Assembly (NCBI GenBank): GCA_946965045.2
Contig: OX337236.1
Coordinates: 558,001-622,000 of the forward strand
Source of the DNA: Epithemia pelagica
Taxonomy: Eukaryota; Protista; Bacillariophyta
Direction of reading: 5' to 3'
DNA length: 64,000 nt
How positions within the stretch are numbered: the stretch's first letter is position 1; every line of letters starts with the position of its first letter. The position numbers were made by a program, and so were the translations under genes. Of this stretch, positions 1 to 11,059 are shown one piece after another. Under the pieces are notes generated by a model. The model was not told where the DNA came from, searched no databases, and was given only the letters and a program-made list of their open reading frames with translations.

Positions 1-325
1 AAACACAAACTCTCGGTAACGATACTTGGCAAGGATATCGTGTATGCGAGCTGTGTGACTGCTAATCGAATGGAGAGTCCAGTCGCGGGATTGATTGGTT
101 CCAACAAATTAGGCCACATTTTCACGTGTTACAGTGTCCTCTTGCCATGAAACAGAACAGACTCCCGGCCCAATTTGTTCGCCATCGACAAGAGTCCAGT
201 CAAGAAAGACTGTCAATGCTCAATGCACAGACTTCCTTTCACAAATTCATCAAAGGCTCATAGGTTCTGGCTTCAGCCAACAATACATCAACCGGGAGGA
301 GAGTGGGAAATCCGGATAGAGGAGT

Positions 326-1936
326 ATGATGCAGAAGGAAACAGAGGTACTAGACAAAGGCATCAATCGTCCATCCGATGCACTCATTGGTGACGGAAAC
401 AAACCAGTTATTTCAAAAGATTCTGGAGACCAAGGGCGAGGACCGGAAGACACAGACTTTTCTCGTGATGGTTCAGCCGACTCGTCGTTAGGGAAGAGAA
501 AGGCCCGAGACCCTGAGCCTGAATCGCCAGAACGGAACATTCCTCTCGAAGCACAGACAGCAATTTCATTTCACAAGAAAGAGCGCCATTACTACGATGA
601 CTTGGGGCAGGAATCTCCCTCATCATATCCCACCCACGTGATGGTGCCCGAACATCCCTCCGTAGAACATGAGGGCACTACCGATGACTATCAAGAAAAG
701 TCTCACCCAAACGCACCAATCTTGACCCCTGACAGTCTGTCTCAACGACGACAAGCAAGCTTTGAGGTGCCAATGTATGCTCGACAGCAACCATATCGAC
801 ATGAATCCTACCATGCACCCTCTTACACCGACGGTGACTACACACGTACTGCTTCATATAGCGGAAGTACTTCGACCGACCACCCCCGGGGAAGCTCCGT
901 CGAAGGCCACACTCGGACGCGAAGGTGGGCATGTGACTTTTGCAATGTCGCTACCTTCCTCAGCTACGAGGAAGCATGTGCCCATGAAGAGATTTGTGCT
1001 CGCAAGCATGGAGCGATTGCTCAAAATTCTCGCCAACCGCCCCCGTATCAGGGTTCTGGCAGTGGCTATCACGGGCAACTTCAACACTGTATGCCTGTTG
1101 CTCATCAACAACATGGGAGTGGAATGGGGGCGTTGTATCCAGGCAGTACCCATATTCCTGGCCAGGAGGTTGTCACTCCGCCGACCCCACAGCGTCATTA
1201 TGGGAGCCGATGGGGTTCTCGTGGTCCTCCGTTGCCTGTCCTTCCTCACGAGCACGGATACTATCAAGGGTACTACAACGAACGGGAAGACCCAGCGTAC
1301 TACAATCAATCAGATCCGTATTACTACAACTATGGTTATGGTGCTTCTCAACCGAGTCCACCATCCCAGAATCAAAGTCTACCCTATCAAAAGAGAATGC
1401 TTCTGGCGATGCCTTCGGACAGCGAGTCTCTTTCGGATCGTCAGTGCTACGTTCGGTCCGAAATGTGCGAAATATTCGCTGCCACGGAACAAGATGTGGC
1501 TGCTCGTCATTCCAAGGGAGCTCAGAAACTTGTGGTCGGTCAGGTGGGTATCCGTTGTCTTCACTGTGCTCACTTGCGTCCTCGTGATAGGGCCGAACGG
1601 GCCGTGTGTTACCCCAGCAGTATCAGCCGCATTTATCAAACCGTGGCAGACATGCAGCGTTTCCATTTTGAGCATTGCAAGGAAATTCCAAAACATGTTT
1701 CGAACGTGTACAAGAACTTGAAGACAACGCGTCCCCGTGGTGTTGGGTCTCCACAAACATATTGGATCCAGTCGGCCAAGGCTCTTGGATTGATCGACAC
1801 TGGAAATGGTATTCGTTTCGAGGCCGATGTAGCCAAGGAGGCTCAACAGAGTGCCAGGAATGAACAACTCAAAGCGACCGAAGGAGAGACAGCAGATATG
1901 CCGGCTGATCGAACTGACGGAGACGATGGGCGATAA
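326..1936 (+). CDS. Hypothetical diatom-type Cys/His (putative Zn-binding) regulatory protein, 536 aa
   Basis: Long ORF. Low-complexity P/Q/Y/S regions surround a WACDFC...HEEIC finger-like motif and a C-terminal GQVGIRCLHC...YPSSISRIYQ...HFEHC domain, which I recognise from diatom hypothetical proteins. Confidence 0.7.
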   Translation: MMQKETEVLDKGINRPSDALIGDGNKPVISKDSGDQGRGPEDTDFSRDGSADSSLGKRKARDPEPESPERNIPLEAQTAISFHKKERHYYDDLGQESPSSYPTHVMVPEHPSVEHEGTTDDYQEKSHPNAPILTPDSLSQRRQASFEVPMYARQQPYRHESYHAPSYTDGDYTRTASYSGSTSTDHPRGSSVEGHTRTRRWACDFCNVATFLSYEEACAHEEICARKHGAIAQNSRQPPPYQGSGSGYHGQLQHCMPVAHQQHGSGMGALYPGSTHIPGQEVVTPPTPQRHYGSRWGSRGPPLPVLPHEHGYYQGYYNEREDPAYYNQSDPYYYNYGYGASQPSPPSQNQSLPYQKRMLLAMPSDSESLSDRQCYVRSEMCEIFAATEQDVAARHSKGAQKLVVGQVGIRCLHCAHLRPRDRAERAVCYPSSISRIYQTVADMQRFHFEHCKEIPKHVSNVYKNLKTTRPRGVGSPQTYWIQSAKALGLIDTGNGIRFEADVAKEAQQSARNEQLKATEGETADMPADRTDGDDGR

Positions 1937-2050
1937 AAATCATTCTCACGAAGATGAACAATTACAATAACGGGAAATGCGTAGAACAGGGAGTACATTA
2001 TTTGGAATCGTCATTTAAAGTAAAAGTGGTATATAAAGAAATTGTGTGAA

Positions 2051-2110
2051 ACAAAGTTCATGTCAGACTCTTGCGCTCTTCCACTAGAATCTTCATTCTG
2101 AAATCTTTGT
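2051..2110 (-). promoter_or_regulatory. SECIS element in the 3' UTR of the selenoprotein H gene
   Basis: Minus strand reads ACAAAG-AU-UUCA-GA-AUGA-AGAUUCUAGUGG-AA-GAG-CGCAAGAGUCU-GAC-A-UGAA-CUUUGU. It has helix I (ACAAAG/CUUUGU and UUCA/UGAA), the AUGA/GA core, an 11-bp helix II with one A.A mismatch, and apical AA 12 nt after AUGA. Confidence 0.85.
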
Positions 2111-2153
2111 CATACATCCCCTCACATTATATCCCTTGTCACTGACCCCTTTC

Positions 2154-2594
2154 CTATGCTCCAAGAGCTTCAATCACCTTCTCACAAACGTCATCCATAT
2201 CCAGCGCTTTAAGGGGAGGAAATGGGCGTTTCATGGCCAGCAGTTCAATGATGGGTTCATCCTTCCCTTCCAAACGGACAACGAAATTGCCTTTCCCCGG
2301 TTTGGTACCGTTGATTTCGACACGTGCCTTATCTCCAACCGCTTTGGCAATTTTGTTGGCCCGTGTTTTGAATGCACCTCATTGCTTACACGCTTCGATT
2401 GTGATCAGTTTTTGACCGTCTGTGGATTTGGAGACTTCTTCCTTTGCTTTCGTGGCTTTGGCTGTCGCCTTGGACGGAGCAGTCTTTTTCGATGGAGCGG
2501 TCTTTTTCGACGGTGGGTCGACCTTGGCGGTCTCCGCTTTCTTAGCAGGCGACGCCTTCAATGAGCGACTGGAGCTGCGAGTTGTTCGCACCAT
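2154..2594 (-). CDS. SELENOH: Selenoprotein H-like (Rdx family) protein, 146 aa, with Sec encoded by UGA at 2379-2381
   Basis: ATG at 2594. A Lys-rich N-terminus leads to ITIEACKQ-UGA-GAFKTRANKIAKAVG...EINGTKPGKGNFVV...KRPFPPLKALDMDDV, with TAG at 2154-2156 in the same frame. CxxU motif plus downstream SECIS. Confidence 0.87.
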
Positions 2595-3142
2595 CACCAA
2601 GCCAGATGAGCACCAAACGGATACCGGTACTACAAACCTCCCCTAAAGCCTTGAATGTTGTTTTCTTTTATCAACTAGGCGTAGGAGCAGAGGTGATCAG
2701 CAAGGGACATATCATCAATCGATTTGTGTAGTGTCATCGATGATGTGTTTTGGGGGTCGAACCTGCTACCCTTTGAACAGAAAACTACTAAGGTTACTCT
2801 TCTAGACTCAGTAAACGGATCTTTCTAGGAGTAGGAGTAAATAAACACCAAACAGTATGTTCTCAAGTATCTATCTTCTTTTCCGAATTCCAAATCCATG
2901 GTAGTCTTTGGGATGCATCATTGAGTCTTCGTAAGATCCATTTTGTGGATGCAACACTAGAGAAAACAAATAACTGCGAACTAGTTTCTACTCCTACCCC
3001 AAACTATTCCTACCAGAGTTCATGACTTGGCAACTTTCAAACAAGGTAACTGTCTTGCGGAGATCAAACGTTCATATCCCTGGAGATGATTTTTATTGAA
3101 AGAAGCATTTAACATCTTCCGAGTTTAAAACACTCTATACTT

Positions 3143-4111
3143 TTATTGCGCTCCCTGTTGGAGAAGAAGTCGTTCGGCAGCTCGATGTACATCATTGTTC
3201 GTAGATTGAAGTGCCTCTACGACCTGACTTCTGGCGAATCCCATATGAGTCAATTGTTCAATAGCCGATGGGTCGGCTGCCACGGGTCGTTGGGCCGCCG
3301 CCGTTGGTCGAAGATTGGCACCACCACCCGCAGCGGCCGCGGCGGCGGCTGCCGCCGCTTGTGCCCGTGGATGATGAGCGTTTCCTCGTGTGCCTCCTCT
3401 GGAATGCGGGGCCAAGATACGAGGCGGAGGGTCTAGCAAACGACTGAAAAAGCCACCCACAAAATTCGCCACACCATCGGGAACGTCAAGCTTCCCCAAA
3501 GATGGGACAAATTCATAAAATAATGAAAAGAACCATCCAATTCCAATGGCATATGTAGAATCCCAACCATTCGATGCTGCGATCTGGAGCAACCATGCGT
3601 AGTGAAAGATCTTCTCTGAAAAATTGATCCCAAGAAAGGAGAAGAACCTTGGATGTAACCTTGGTGTGTATCGGTGATAAAGAGAGAACAATGCCCCGAC
3701 AAGTGGATACGGTCCACCATACTGCAGATTTCGAGAAAGCAGCGACGAATTGACAATAAACGATTCCGATGCCATGGTTGCTGCGTTGATAAAGGAACAA
3801 AAGAAGGCCATCTTTCGTGTCCCCATTTCTCGTTCAAATTTTCGCATAAGGAATGTGAGAAAGAGCGTCCCAATAACAAGTTCACTTGTAGATGTGAAAG
3901 TCAATTTCGAAGTGGCGTAACGATAACTCTCGCCTCGTTCTCGAATCCTTAACGCATCAAACTCAAACCCAGACGATGCATGTTTGGTGTGCATCGATAG
4001 ATAGGCTATTACGGTAACTGCTGCAACCAACTTCGAGAATGGCGCTCCGGAAAACATGGCCGAATAATTCGGTTGCTGATTGCTTCCCCCGCGTTGGTTG
4101 TTTGGTGGCAT
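3143..4111 (-). CDS. Rhomboid-like membrane protein with C-terminal UBA domain (UBAC2/Dsc2-like)
   Basis: Several hydrophobic segments, a GGPYPLVGALF motif and a C-terminal UBA (AIEQLTHMGFARSQVVEALQSTNNDVHRAAERLL). Probable ATG at 4111. Confidence 0.7.
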   Translation of the reverse strand: MPPNNQRGGSNQQPNYSAMFSGAPFSKLVAAVTVIAYLSMHTKHASSGFEFDALRIRERGESYRYATSKLTFTSTSELVIGTLFLTFLMRKFEREMGTRKMAFFCSFINAATMASESFIVNSSLLSRNLQYGGPYPLVGALFSLYHRYTPRLHPRFFSFLGINFSEKIFHYAWLLQIAASNGWDSTYAIGIGWFFSLFYEFVPSLGKLDVPDGVANFVGGFFSRLLDPPPRILAPHSRGGTRGNAHHPRAQAAAAAAAAAAGGGANLRPTAAAQRPVAADPSAIEQLTHMGFARSQVVEALQSTNNDVHRAAERLLLQQGAQ

Positions 4112-4458
4112 TTTGCTGATTGTGTTTGTGGTGTTGTCTATCGCTTTGTTTGGTGAGCAACGACAAGAGCTCTCTTCGTTCTGTTTCTGTGGGCGAAGTG
4201 AATGGAAGAAGAAGGACGCGAAAAAGGGCACTGACAATCGCGACCCTTGAGCGACTTGTAAAAATGAAGGAACATGGAGCTAACTTTGCTATGAAGAGTG
4301 GAGAGGACTAAGATAGGAGTAACACATCTTGGAGCTTGGAGTACTCCTAGGAGAAGGACTTCTAATATACTGCTCGGTCCACCTATTTTCGTCCAGTCAG
4401 TGGTAGGCAACTTGTCCTCTAGGAAAAGCCAAAGATAGAGGCTCTTCTGTATGATTCG

Positions 4459-5739
4459 CTAGTGCTTCATCCTAGCTGGGTCGTACCAGTCGACGAAACG
4501 ATTGGGAAAGTATCGAATACTTTCCGTAGTCTCATCTCGTACCAGAGATCCTTGTCTCTCCGCGGCAAGCAATTGTTCTTGCGCCAGGAGGACAGACACG
4601 TGGAGATGTCTGCTCGCTTCTACTTCCGTGATACCGTTTGCCGACAGTTCTATCAGTCTATCCGCCATTTTGTCTTGATTCAACGCTGCATCTTGTAATA
4701 CTCGCAAACCTGACGGAAATTTGTAATGAGACAACCCCAAGGACAGCTTCTCCATTTGGTTGACCGCTTGAAGTAAATCCTCTGGCGAAATGAGATTGGA
4801 ACCTCGAGCTCGATTGTAAATGCAGTAGACATCCGTCAATGTCATCATGGTGTTTTTCAGTTTGGGCCTCAGAAAGTCTGCCAATTGCCGTGCCAGTTGA
4901 GCGTAATAGGCATTTTCTTGGCCTTTGTAATCGGCCTTGCGCAAGGCCGCCGTCATGCCCATATTTTGCAACATATCTGTCAATCGTTTATTGTCTTCGG
5001 ACGCATCCCCTGAGAATCCGTCGTTGCTACTGTTATCGTGGTGGTCCAACGTCGAAACATATTTTTCAATGATTTTGATGAGGGCGGCAGCCTCTTCCAT
5101 CAGAGTGTCGGCATCCCCTGCAAAAGCCTGCGAGGTGACATTGGCTGCAAGCTTGTGTCTTGCCTCAGATCGAGAGAGAATGGCATCGACACCCACTTTG
5201 TCACTGGCCTTTTGTGCTACGGAATCTTCCATTTTTTGCAATTTGGTTTCCGTTTCCCATTCTTTTCGTCGCATGGCCGTATCGACATGCTGGAGGACAT
5301 CCTTGGCATTAGCCGTCCCTTTTTCTCCACGAAATATTACAAAGAGTTCCCCCACAGTCGTTCCAAATAGCAGGCGCGCACTCTTGAACATGGTGCCCTT
5401 TTCAAGTTGTGTGTCGGCAATCAGATTGGATATGTGAATGTAGCGAGCCTTGACCGCACCTGCCTCGGTGGAGGAACTTTGAAAGACAATGCGATGGGTG
5501 GTGATGGTCAAATGATGGTCCAAAGATCGGTCGACCCATGATTTCCCAGACGTGTTGGCCAAATTTCCTGCAAAGGTCAAGGCGGCCATGGCTTCATCGG
5601 GGACTGCCGCTCGAAGTTCGACCAAATCCGGCCGGTTCCACAACAGGACTTCGCCTGGCAGCATTTCCAACAAGCCCGATTCCGTAAGCTTGGCACCGGG
5701 TATGCAATCCACGGGCGACCATGTCGTGCTTCGCGACAT
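4459..5739 (-). CDS. VPS36: ESCRT-II subunit VPS36
   Basis: N-terminal GLUE-like region (LTITTHRIVF) and EAP30 motif LTDVYCIYNRARGSNLISPEDL; C-terminal DETTESIRYFPNRF. Confidence 0.9.
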   Translation of the reverse strand: MSRSTTWSPVDCIPGAKLTESGLLEMLPGEVLLWNRPDLVELRAAVPDEAMAALTFAGNLANTSGKSWVDRSLDHHLTITTHRIVFQSSSTEAGAVKARYIHISNLIADTQLEKGTMFKSARLLFGTTVGELFVIFRGEKGTANAKDVLQHVDTAMRRKEWETETKLQKMEDSVAQKASDKVGVDAILSRSEARHKLAANVTSQAFAGDADTLMEEAAALIKIIEKYVSTLDHHDNSSNDGFSGDASEDNKRLTDMLQNMGMTAALRKADYKGQENAYYAQLARQLADFLRPKLKNTMMTLTDVYCIYNRARGSNLISPEDLLQAVNQMEKLSLGLSHYKFPSGLRVLQDAALNQDKMADRLIELSANGITEVEASRHLHVSVLLAQEQLLAAERQGSLVRDETTESIRYFPNRFVDWYDPARMKH

Positions 5740-6291
5740 GATAAGTCTTATAATGAAGATGCGGTTTGTAGGAGTAGGATGATATTATATTACAGCAGCA
5801 TACAAAGGACACTCCACCAGGACCAACTCTGTTGTGATTTTTTCGTTATGGGGGTGAATGCATTTTCTGCCCTTCGTTTTCGTTTTTGTGGGGGCGAGTT
5901 GTTGTATTGTAGGGGGTTCGGAGTTCGGAGCAGTAGAGTACCGGAAATAAAGGGGAGGCTTAGCATTTAGCATTCTTATTCAAAACTCTGATTTCCCATA
6001 GAAATAGTACACAAAGGCTTTTACTTTTACATAAACTTATATAGTACATATGTAGATCTTTTTAGCAGTCTTAGAGCTTAGAGCTTCTAAGCCCCTCTGA
6101 TTTCTGGTCGTCGTTTGTGAAAAGTATGGGCGCCAAATTTTATTCGATAGACTGGATGACAAAGCCAACAACAGCGACTTGTGGACTCTGGTACCATCTA
6201 TTGAAAGGCTTGATCGTTACATATCTGGACAAGGCGTTGTCCTCTTCTCTGATCAATCATCTTGAGTAACAAGTTGCGCAACCAGGACAGC

Positions 6292-7461
6292 ATGTCGACG
6301 ACCGATAGTGTGTCTGAGGAGCTTCTGGAGCAAGATGGCCTCATGAAAACAACCTTCAATCCGCACTTGGACCGTATGATGATGACGATGGACGAGGAAC
6401 ATGATGAATTCGATCCCAATGAACATTGGGTTAGCTGTTGGGGAAGATTTTGCTATGAACTCAATCCTTGCCAAAATTGGTTCCTTGTGGAAGATCCGCC
6501 CTTTACTGATCGAACCCTGGATATCCCAGCCTCATTTGCTCCCTCTGGGCCTATTCCAGTTCTGAGCAAATCCACTTCAGCTCTTTCAAGCTTTGGCATC
6601 TTAGCGTGGTCTGTAGTGGTGGAGGATCACAAGGGATATTTCTTTGCGTATTTTTCGTCGTGGAGTTTGATCTTTGCCATTATATATCACTTCTTTTCCT
6701 TACACAACAGCATGAAGGGCGTTCCTCAACCCTTTTCACGTGCCCGAGGGGCGGTGCGGCTTTGTTGGTTCTTCTTTGTCGTGGCGGCTCATGCGGGGCT
6801 TTTGGATGCCATCCTTTATTGGACCGTCGAATTCAAACGCAGCGACGATGAAGATGACTACGATGGGAAATTTGATTTTCGATTGTTCATGTTGCACGGA
6901 GGAATTGCGATGGGAGTCATTCTGGATGGATTTAGCGTGAATGTAATTCCTCTCCGATGGATGCATTTTTGGGGCTGTTGCTTTACTGTTACCATTCTGT
7001 ATGCAGCATGGACTGTGATTCATGCCTTTTTCTTGTGGACCGGCAATCCCAATGAACCGAATCGCAACACAATTTATGAAGAAATTGATTGGAGAAATGA
7101 TTGGCAGATGACCTTGTTGCGTGTGTGTGTCACTGTCTTTGTCGTGAGTCCGCTGGTGTTTGCGATACTTTGGTTAATGTCTCTTTACAAGTGGTGTTTT
7201 TGTGTTTGTCGGAATAAAGAAGAAAGACGATTCGAACGAAGGAGGTACTTGCAACAAACGAACAATTTGAGTCGGTACAAAGATATTGCCAGACAGCAGC
7301 TGCATCAGGATGGCTTTGATACTGCCGACAGCCATCGATCTACTCATACCATGCCGGATGAACAAGATGACGTTCATAGATCGTTTGATTCACCAACTGG
7401 AATGAGCGACACTGACGTGGAGAGTCTTACCACACCTCGGTTGAAGGAGCATTCTTTCTAA
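6292..7461 (+). CDS. Multi-pass membrane protein, rolling stone-like
   Basis: About six hydrophobic segments with YFSSWSL, ILYW and MLHGG motifs reminiscent of the rolling stone family. Confidence 0.55.
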   Translation: MSTTDSVSEELLEQDGLMKTTFNPHLDRMMMTMDEEHDEFDPNEHWVSCWGRFCYELNPCQNWFLVEDPPFTDRTLDIPASFAPSGPIPVLSKSTSALSSFGILAWSVVVEDHKGYFFAYFSSWSLIFAIIYHFFSLHNSMKGVPQPFSRARGAVRLCWFFFVVAAHAGLLDAILYWTVEFKRSDDEDDYDGKFDFRLFMLHGGIAMGVILDGFSVNVIPLRWMHFWGCCFTVTILYAAWTVIHAFFLWTGNPNEPNRNTIYEEIDWRNDWQMTLLRVCVTVFVVSPLVFAILWLMSLYKWCFCVCRNKEERRFERRRYLQQTNNLSRYKDIARQQLHQDGFDTADSHRSTHTMPDEQDDVHRSFDSPTGMSDTDVESLTTPRLKEHSF

Positions 7462-7617
7462 AGTTTCACGTCTTTATAGCATTTCCCAATTAAGGGTTAT
7501 CCAACTGCAGCTCGAATCGTCTAAGACTGTTTGGGGAAACCAGTTATTAACATTAGTAGTACATCTAGTTCATACAAGTTTGGCCTTGCCCTCATGGACC
7601 GAAAATTCATCACACGA

Positions 7618-8790
7618 TCATCTATCCTTCTTTTGCTCCTCCATGACTGACTTGACCGACCAGATTCCAAATGTGTAGCAAACTCGAACGCAGATCATGT
7701 CCCGAAGCATTCCAATGGCAACTCGCAGTAGATTCCAGGTACTGGTATTTAATTTGGATCCATCAATTTCTTGCCAAGGCACAGGAACTTCCTTGACGCG
7801 TAACTGGGAATTTCTGGCACGAACAAAGAGTTCAATGTCAAAGGCCCAACGGTGCAAATGCAACCCTTGGAAAAGCACCTGTCGCGTCGAAGGTGTTGTG
7901 AAAAGTTTGAATCCACACTGAGTATCATGCACGTTTCGATACCCCACCACCAAAACGACAAAAGCATGAAAGGCTGCCTGCAGCAATTTTCGGAACCAAC
8001 TTCTCTGCGGCATGGATGAATCACTATTTCGTTCATTGGTGGTGGACGAGGAATTTTGTTCAGTTTGGTGCAAACCAACTGCTCGACTTCCAAAGACTAA
8101 TTCGTGGCTGTGTGCACTGGACGCCACAGCCTCCAAACCAGGGCCGAAATCAGTGGCGCCATCGGCATCCACCATGAGAGAAAAGTATCCTTTGGCACGA
8201 AGCATACCCGCTTGAACCGCCCCTCCTTTGCCAGAATTTTGCGCCAAGGAGCACAATCGCCATACCATTGACCGACTGGGTTGCTTCTTGTTTTGGGTGC
8301 CGCTGCGTCGATTGGCTACGTAGGTTTCATAGACTTGAGAAGTTCGGTCTTTCGATCCATCGTTTACCAGAATCCATTCGACCTTTGCTTTTGAAACGTC
8401 CTGGATATCGTTTTTGCTTTCTAAAAGTGCTTTCTCAAGAACTTTCAACGCTGGGCAGCTTTCGGTCGACAGATATCGGTCAGCAGCCTCCAGCATGGTG
8501 ACTAGTCGGTCTTCCTCATTGTAGGCAGGTATTATTATCGACAGTAATACAAAGGAACCTTGATCCGTGTCTTCTCTTTGCTTAGTATTGTTGTTGGGTG
8601 TTGCCAAGGTGTTGTCCTGGGCCACTTGCGGCACCGAATGCTTTCTGGACACTGCTTCCAAGGCCGGATAAAAAATGTAGATTGCCAAAATAAAAGCAAG
8701 GCATCCTAGACATACCAGAAGAACATGTATGTTTTTGGACGCAAGAATGCTTTTTTCATTGTTTTCGACAGCTCCATTGGAATCATCCAT
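7618..8790 (-). CDS. ALG5: Dolichyl-phosphate beta-glucosyltransferase (GT2)
   Basis: N-terminal TM, then LSIIIPAYNEEDRL, VNDGSKD, MVDADGAT, DTQCGFKLF, WAFDIEL and WQEIDGSKL. Confidence 0.85.
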   Translation of the reverse strand: MDDSNGAVENNEKSILASKNIHVLLVCLGCLAFILAIYIFYPALEAVSRKHSVPQVAQDNTLATPNNNTKQREDTDQGSFVLLSIIIPAYNEEDRLVTMLEAADRYLSTESCPALKVLEKALLESKNDIQDVSKAKVEWILVNDGSKDRTSQVYETYVANRRSGTQNKKQPSRSMVWRLCSLAQNSGKGGAVQAGMLRAKGYFSLMVDADGATDFGPGLEAVASSAHSHELVFGSRAVGLHQTEQNSSSTTNERNSDSSMPQRSWFRKLLQAAFHAFVVLVVGYRNVHDTQCGFKLFTTPSTRQVLFQGLHLHRWAFDIELFVRARNSQLRVKEVPVPWQEIDGSKLNTSTWNLLRVAIGMLRDMICVRVCYTFGIWSVKSVMEEQKKDR

Positions 8791-9304
8791 CCCGAAGATC
8801 CTTCCGACCAATAAATGACGGTGTTTTTGATTTTTTCGTCCTGTCGTTTGATGACTGACTGTCGGTGACGAAAAGACAACTGACATCTCGCTACCCCGAG
8901 TTTTGACAACTATCCGAAGAATCTCCTCATCGCAATGCCACCATCGTCATCAAAGTCACAGGAGTACATCTAGAAGCAAAGGAATCAATCTGATCGACAG
9001 GATGACCTCACTCGAAAGGTAAATCAAAAGCACGTCAGAACAAGGGGACAAAATGGCACGTACTCCTTATAAACAAACGAAGGATAGAATAGTGACCTAT
9101 TTATTGATACATGTCAGTCACAAATCATACCAGACGAGAATGTAGACCAAATTGGAGGAGCAGTGTAGAGTCTGTCTATCAATATCAATGATATATCCGA
9201 TAGAATACAAATTCTGATATCTAAAGAAAGATTGAAGGCAAATATGGGTGAAAAAGGGAAGACATGGATGGACTAATCTTACTACTTCGAGGTACCTAAT
9301 AGCT

Positions 9305-11059
9305 TTACTTTGATTCGCTCAGACTGGGAACAGAAGGTTCGGTGGGAGCAGCCCCATTCAATGGACTGTTCTTGGCACCGGTTTGCTGGCTGGAAAGACC
9401 CCATGGGAACATGGTGACAAACTCCTCCGCAGCGGTTGGATGAATGGCAACCGTCGAGTCAAAGTCCGCCTTTGTGGCGCCCATTTTGAGCGCAATACCA
9501 AAGCCCTGCAACATTTCGTCTGCCCCCATACCAATGACATGAAGACCAACGACAAGCTCTTCTTCTCCAGCACAAACCAGTTTCATGGCAGTTTTGGGTT
9601 TATCATCTTGTTCCACTTGCCAGGGACCGTAGTACAAATTGGCAAACTTGGATCGGTAAACCTTGACGTTGTCTTCACCATACTTTTCAATGGCTTCTGC
9701 TTCCGACAGGCCAACGGTACCAATCGTTGGGTGACTGAAAACGACTGTGGGAACAAGGTCGTACGAAACTTTGGCATCGGCATATTGTGGTCCTCCAAAA
9801 AGACGATCCGCTAGGCGACGGCCCGCAGCAATGGCCATAGGAGTCAACTCCACCTTTCCGACAACGTCTCCCAAAGCATAGACGCCTTCCACGTTTGTTT
9901 CCGAGTACTCATTCGCACCAATGTATCCACCCTCACCAACATTCACACCGACGCTCTGCAAACCGAGATTGTCTGTATTCGGACGACGTCCAGGGGCAAC
10001 AAGGACAGTATCCGCGCCTTCAATCACCTCTCCGTTCTTCAAATACACTGTTTTCAGTCCATCCTCTCCCACCACAATCTTATCCAGGCCTTCCGTGTTG
10101 CGGAAAATTTCAATTCCCTGTCTTTGCATTTCGGCATCCAAGGTGTCGCTGAGCATATCGTCCAGGTTTCGCATCGCCTTTTCCTTACGAACTACAAGCT
10201 TTGTATCGGTTCCAAGTGCTTGCAAGACTCCGGCAAGCTCCACGGCAATGTAGCCCGCACCCACGACAACCGCCTTTCGTGGCAACTCTTCGAGTTCGAA
10301 AAAGCCGTCACTGCTAATCGCATGTTCTTGAATTCCCTCACCCGTCGGAAAGACAGGTTTGCCTCCCGTGGCAATCAAAATGTGCTTCGCCGTGTAGGTT
10401 GTAGGGGCACCGCCATCCACGGGTGTCACAGTGACGGAGTTCTTTCCCGAGAAGGATGCCAATCCCTCAAACTTGGATATGCCAGAGTTTTGAATGTTGC
10501 CATCGTAGATGCCATTCAAACGACGAATGTACTTATCACGGGCCTGCTTCAAAAAACTCCAGTCAAAGGAAATGTCATCGAGCCCCGAGAAACCATAGTG
10601 GCTCATATCATGGATCGTCTCGGCAATACTCGCAGCGTTCCACATGACCTTCTTGGGTACACAACCTACATTGACGCATGTGCCTCCCAAACGACCATAT
10701 TCGGCCACAGCAACCTTGGCTCCATAGGTGGCAGCTCGACGAGCCGATGCAATCCCACCGGATCCAGCTCCAATCACAAAGTAATCAAAATCAAATTCGC
10801 CGTCACTGCTAGTGCTCATGGCCCTGGAGGTTGTGGTGGGCTTGCGCAAAAAGGTGGATTGAAGAAAAACATTGGTTCGTGGTTCCGATGGTGCTCTTCC
10901 TGCGGCATATCTTTGCTTGCTGAGCAAACTGGCAAACGACGAGGCGAAGGCCCCCGTTGAGTACGAAAAGCCTCGGTGCTCGGCAAAGACCAAAGCTCGC
11001 CGTGTGTTTGCGAGCATCATTGTGAGGAGACCCATTTGGATTGGAAAAGTACAGCGCAT
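9305..11059 (-). CDS. GSR: Glutathione reductase with N-terminal targeting extension
   Basis: [57 protein letters not shown] and [11 protein letters not shown]. The start codon is uncertain (11059, 11035, or internal 10819). Confidence 0.95.
   Translation of the reverse strand: MRCTFPIQMGLLTMMLANTRRALVFAEHRGFSYSTGAFASSFASLLSKQRYAAGRAPSEPRTNVFLQSTFLRKPTTTSRAMSTSSDGEFDFDYFVIGAGSGGIASARRAATYGAKVAVAEYGRLGGTCVNVGCVPKKVMWNAASIAETIHDMSHYGFSGLDDISFDWSFLKQARDKYIRRLNGIYDGNIQNSGISKFEGLASFSGKNSVTVTPVDGGAPTTYTAKHILIATGGKPVFPTGEGIQEHAISSDGFFELEELPRKAVVVGAGYIAVELAGVLQALGTDTKLVVRKEKAMRNLDDMLSDTLDAEMQRQGIEIFRNTEGLDKIVVGEDGLKTVYLKNGEVIEGADTVLVAPGRRPNTDNLGLQSVGVNVGEGGYIGANEYSETNVEGVYALGDVVGKVELTPMAIAAGRRLADRLFGGPQYADAKVSYDLVPTVVFSHPTIGTVGLSEAEAIEKYGEDNVKVYRSKFANLYYGPWQVEQDDKPKTAMKLVCAGEEELVVGLHVIGMGADEMLQGFGIALKMGATKADFDSTVAIHPTAAEEFVTMFPWGLSSQQTGAKNSPLNGAAPTEPSVPSLSESK

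Noticed and set aside
134-319. Short ORF in frame with the first gene, preceded by an acceptor-like TTACAG
   Set aside because: A TAG at 317-319 separates it from ATG 326; more likely 5' UTR.
2136-2564. 142-aa plus-strand ORF
   Set aside because: Antisense shadow of the SelH gene. The many other overlapping ORFs in the track were dismissed for the same reason.
2750-2772. GGTTCGACCCC on the minus strand, resembling a tRNA T-loop or Pol III B-box
   Set aside because: No complementary T-stem, A-box or cloverleaf.
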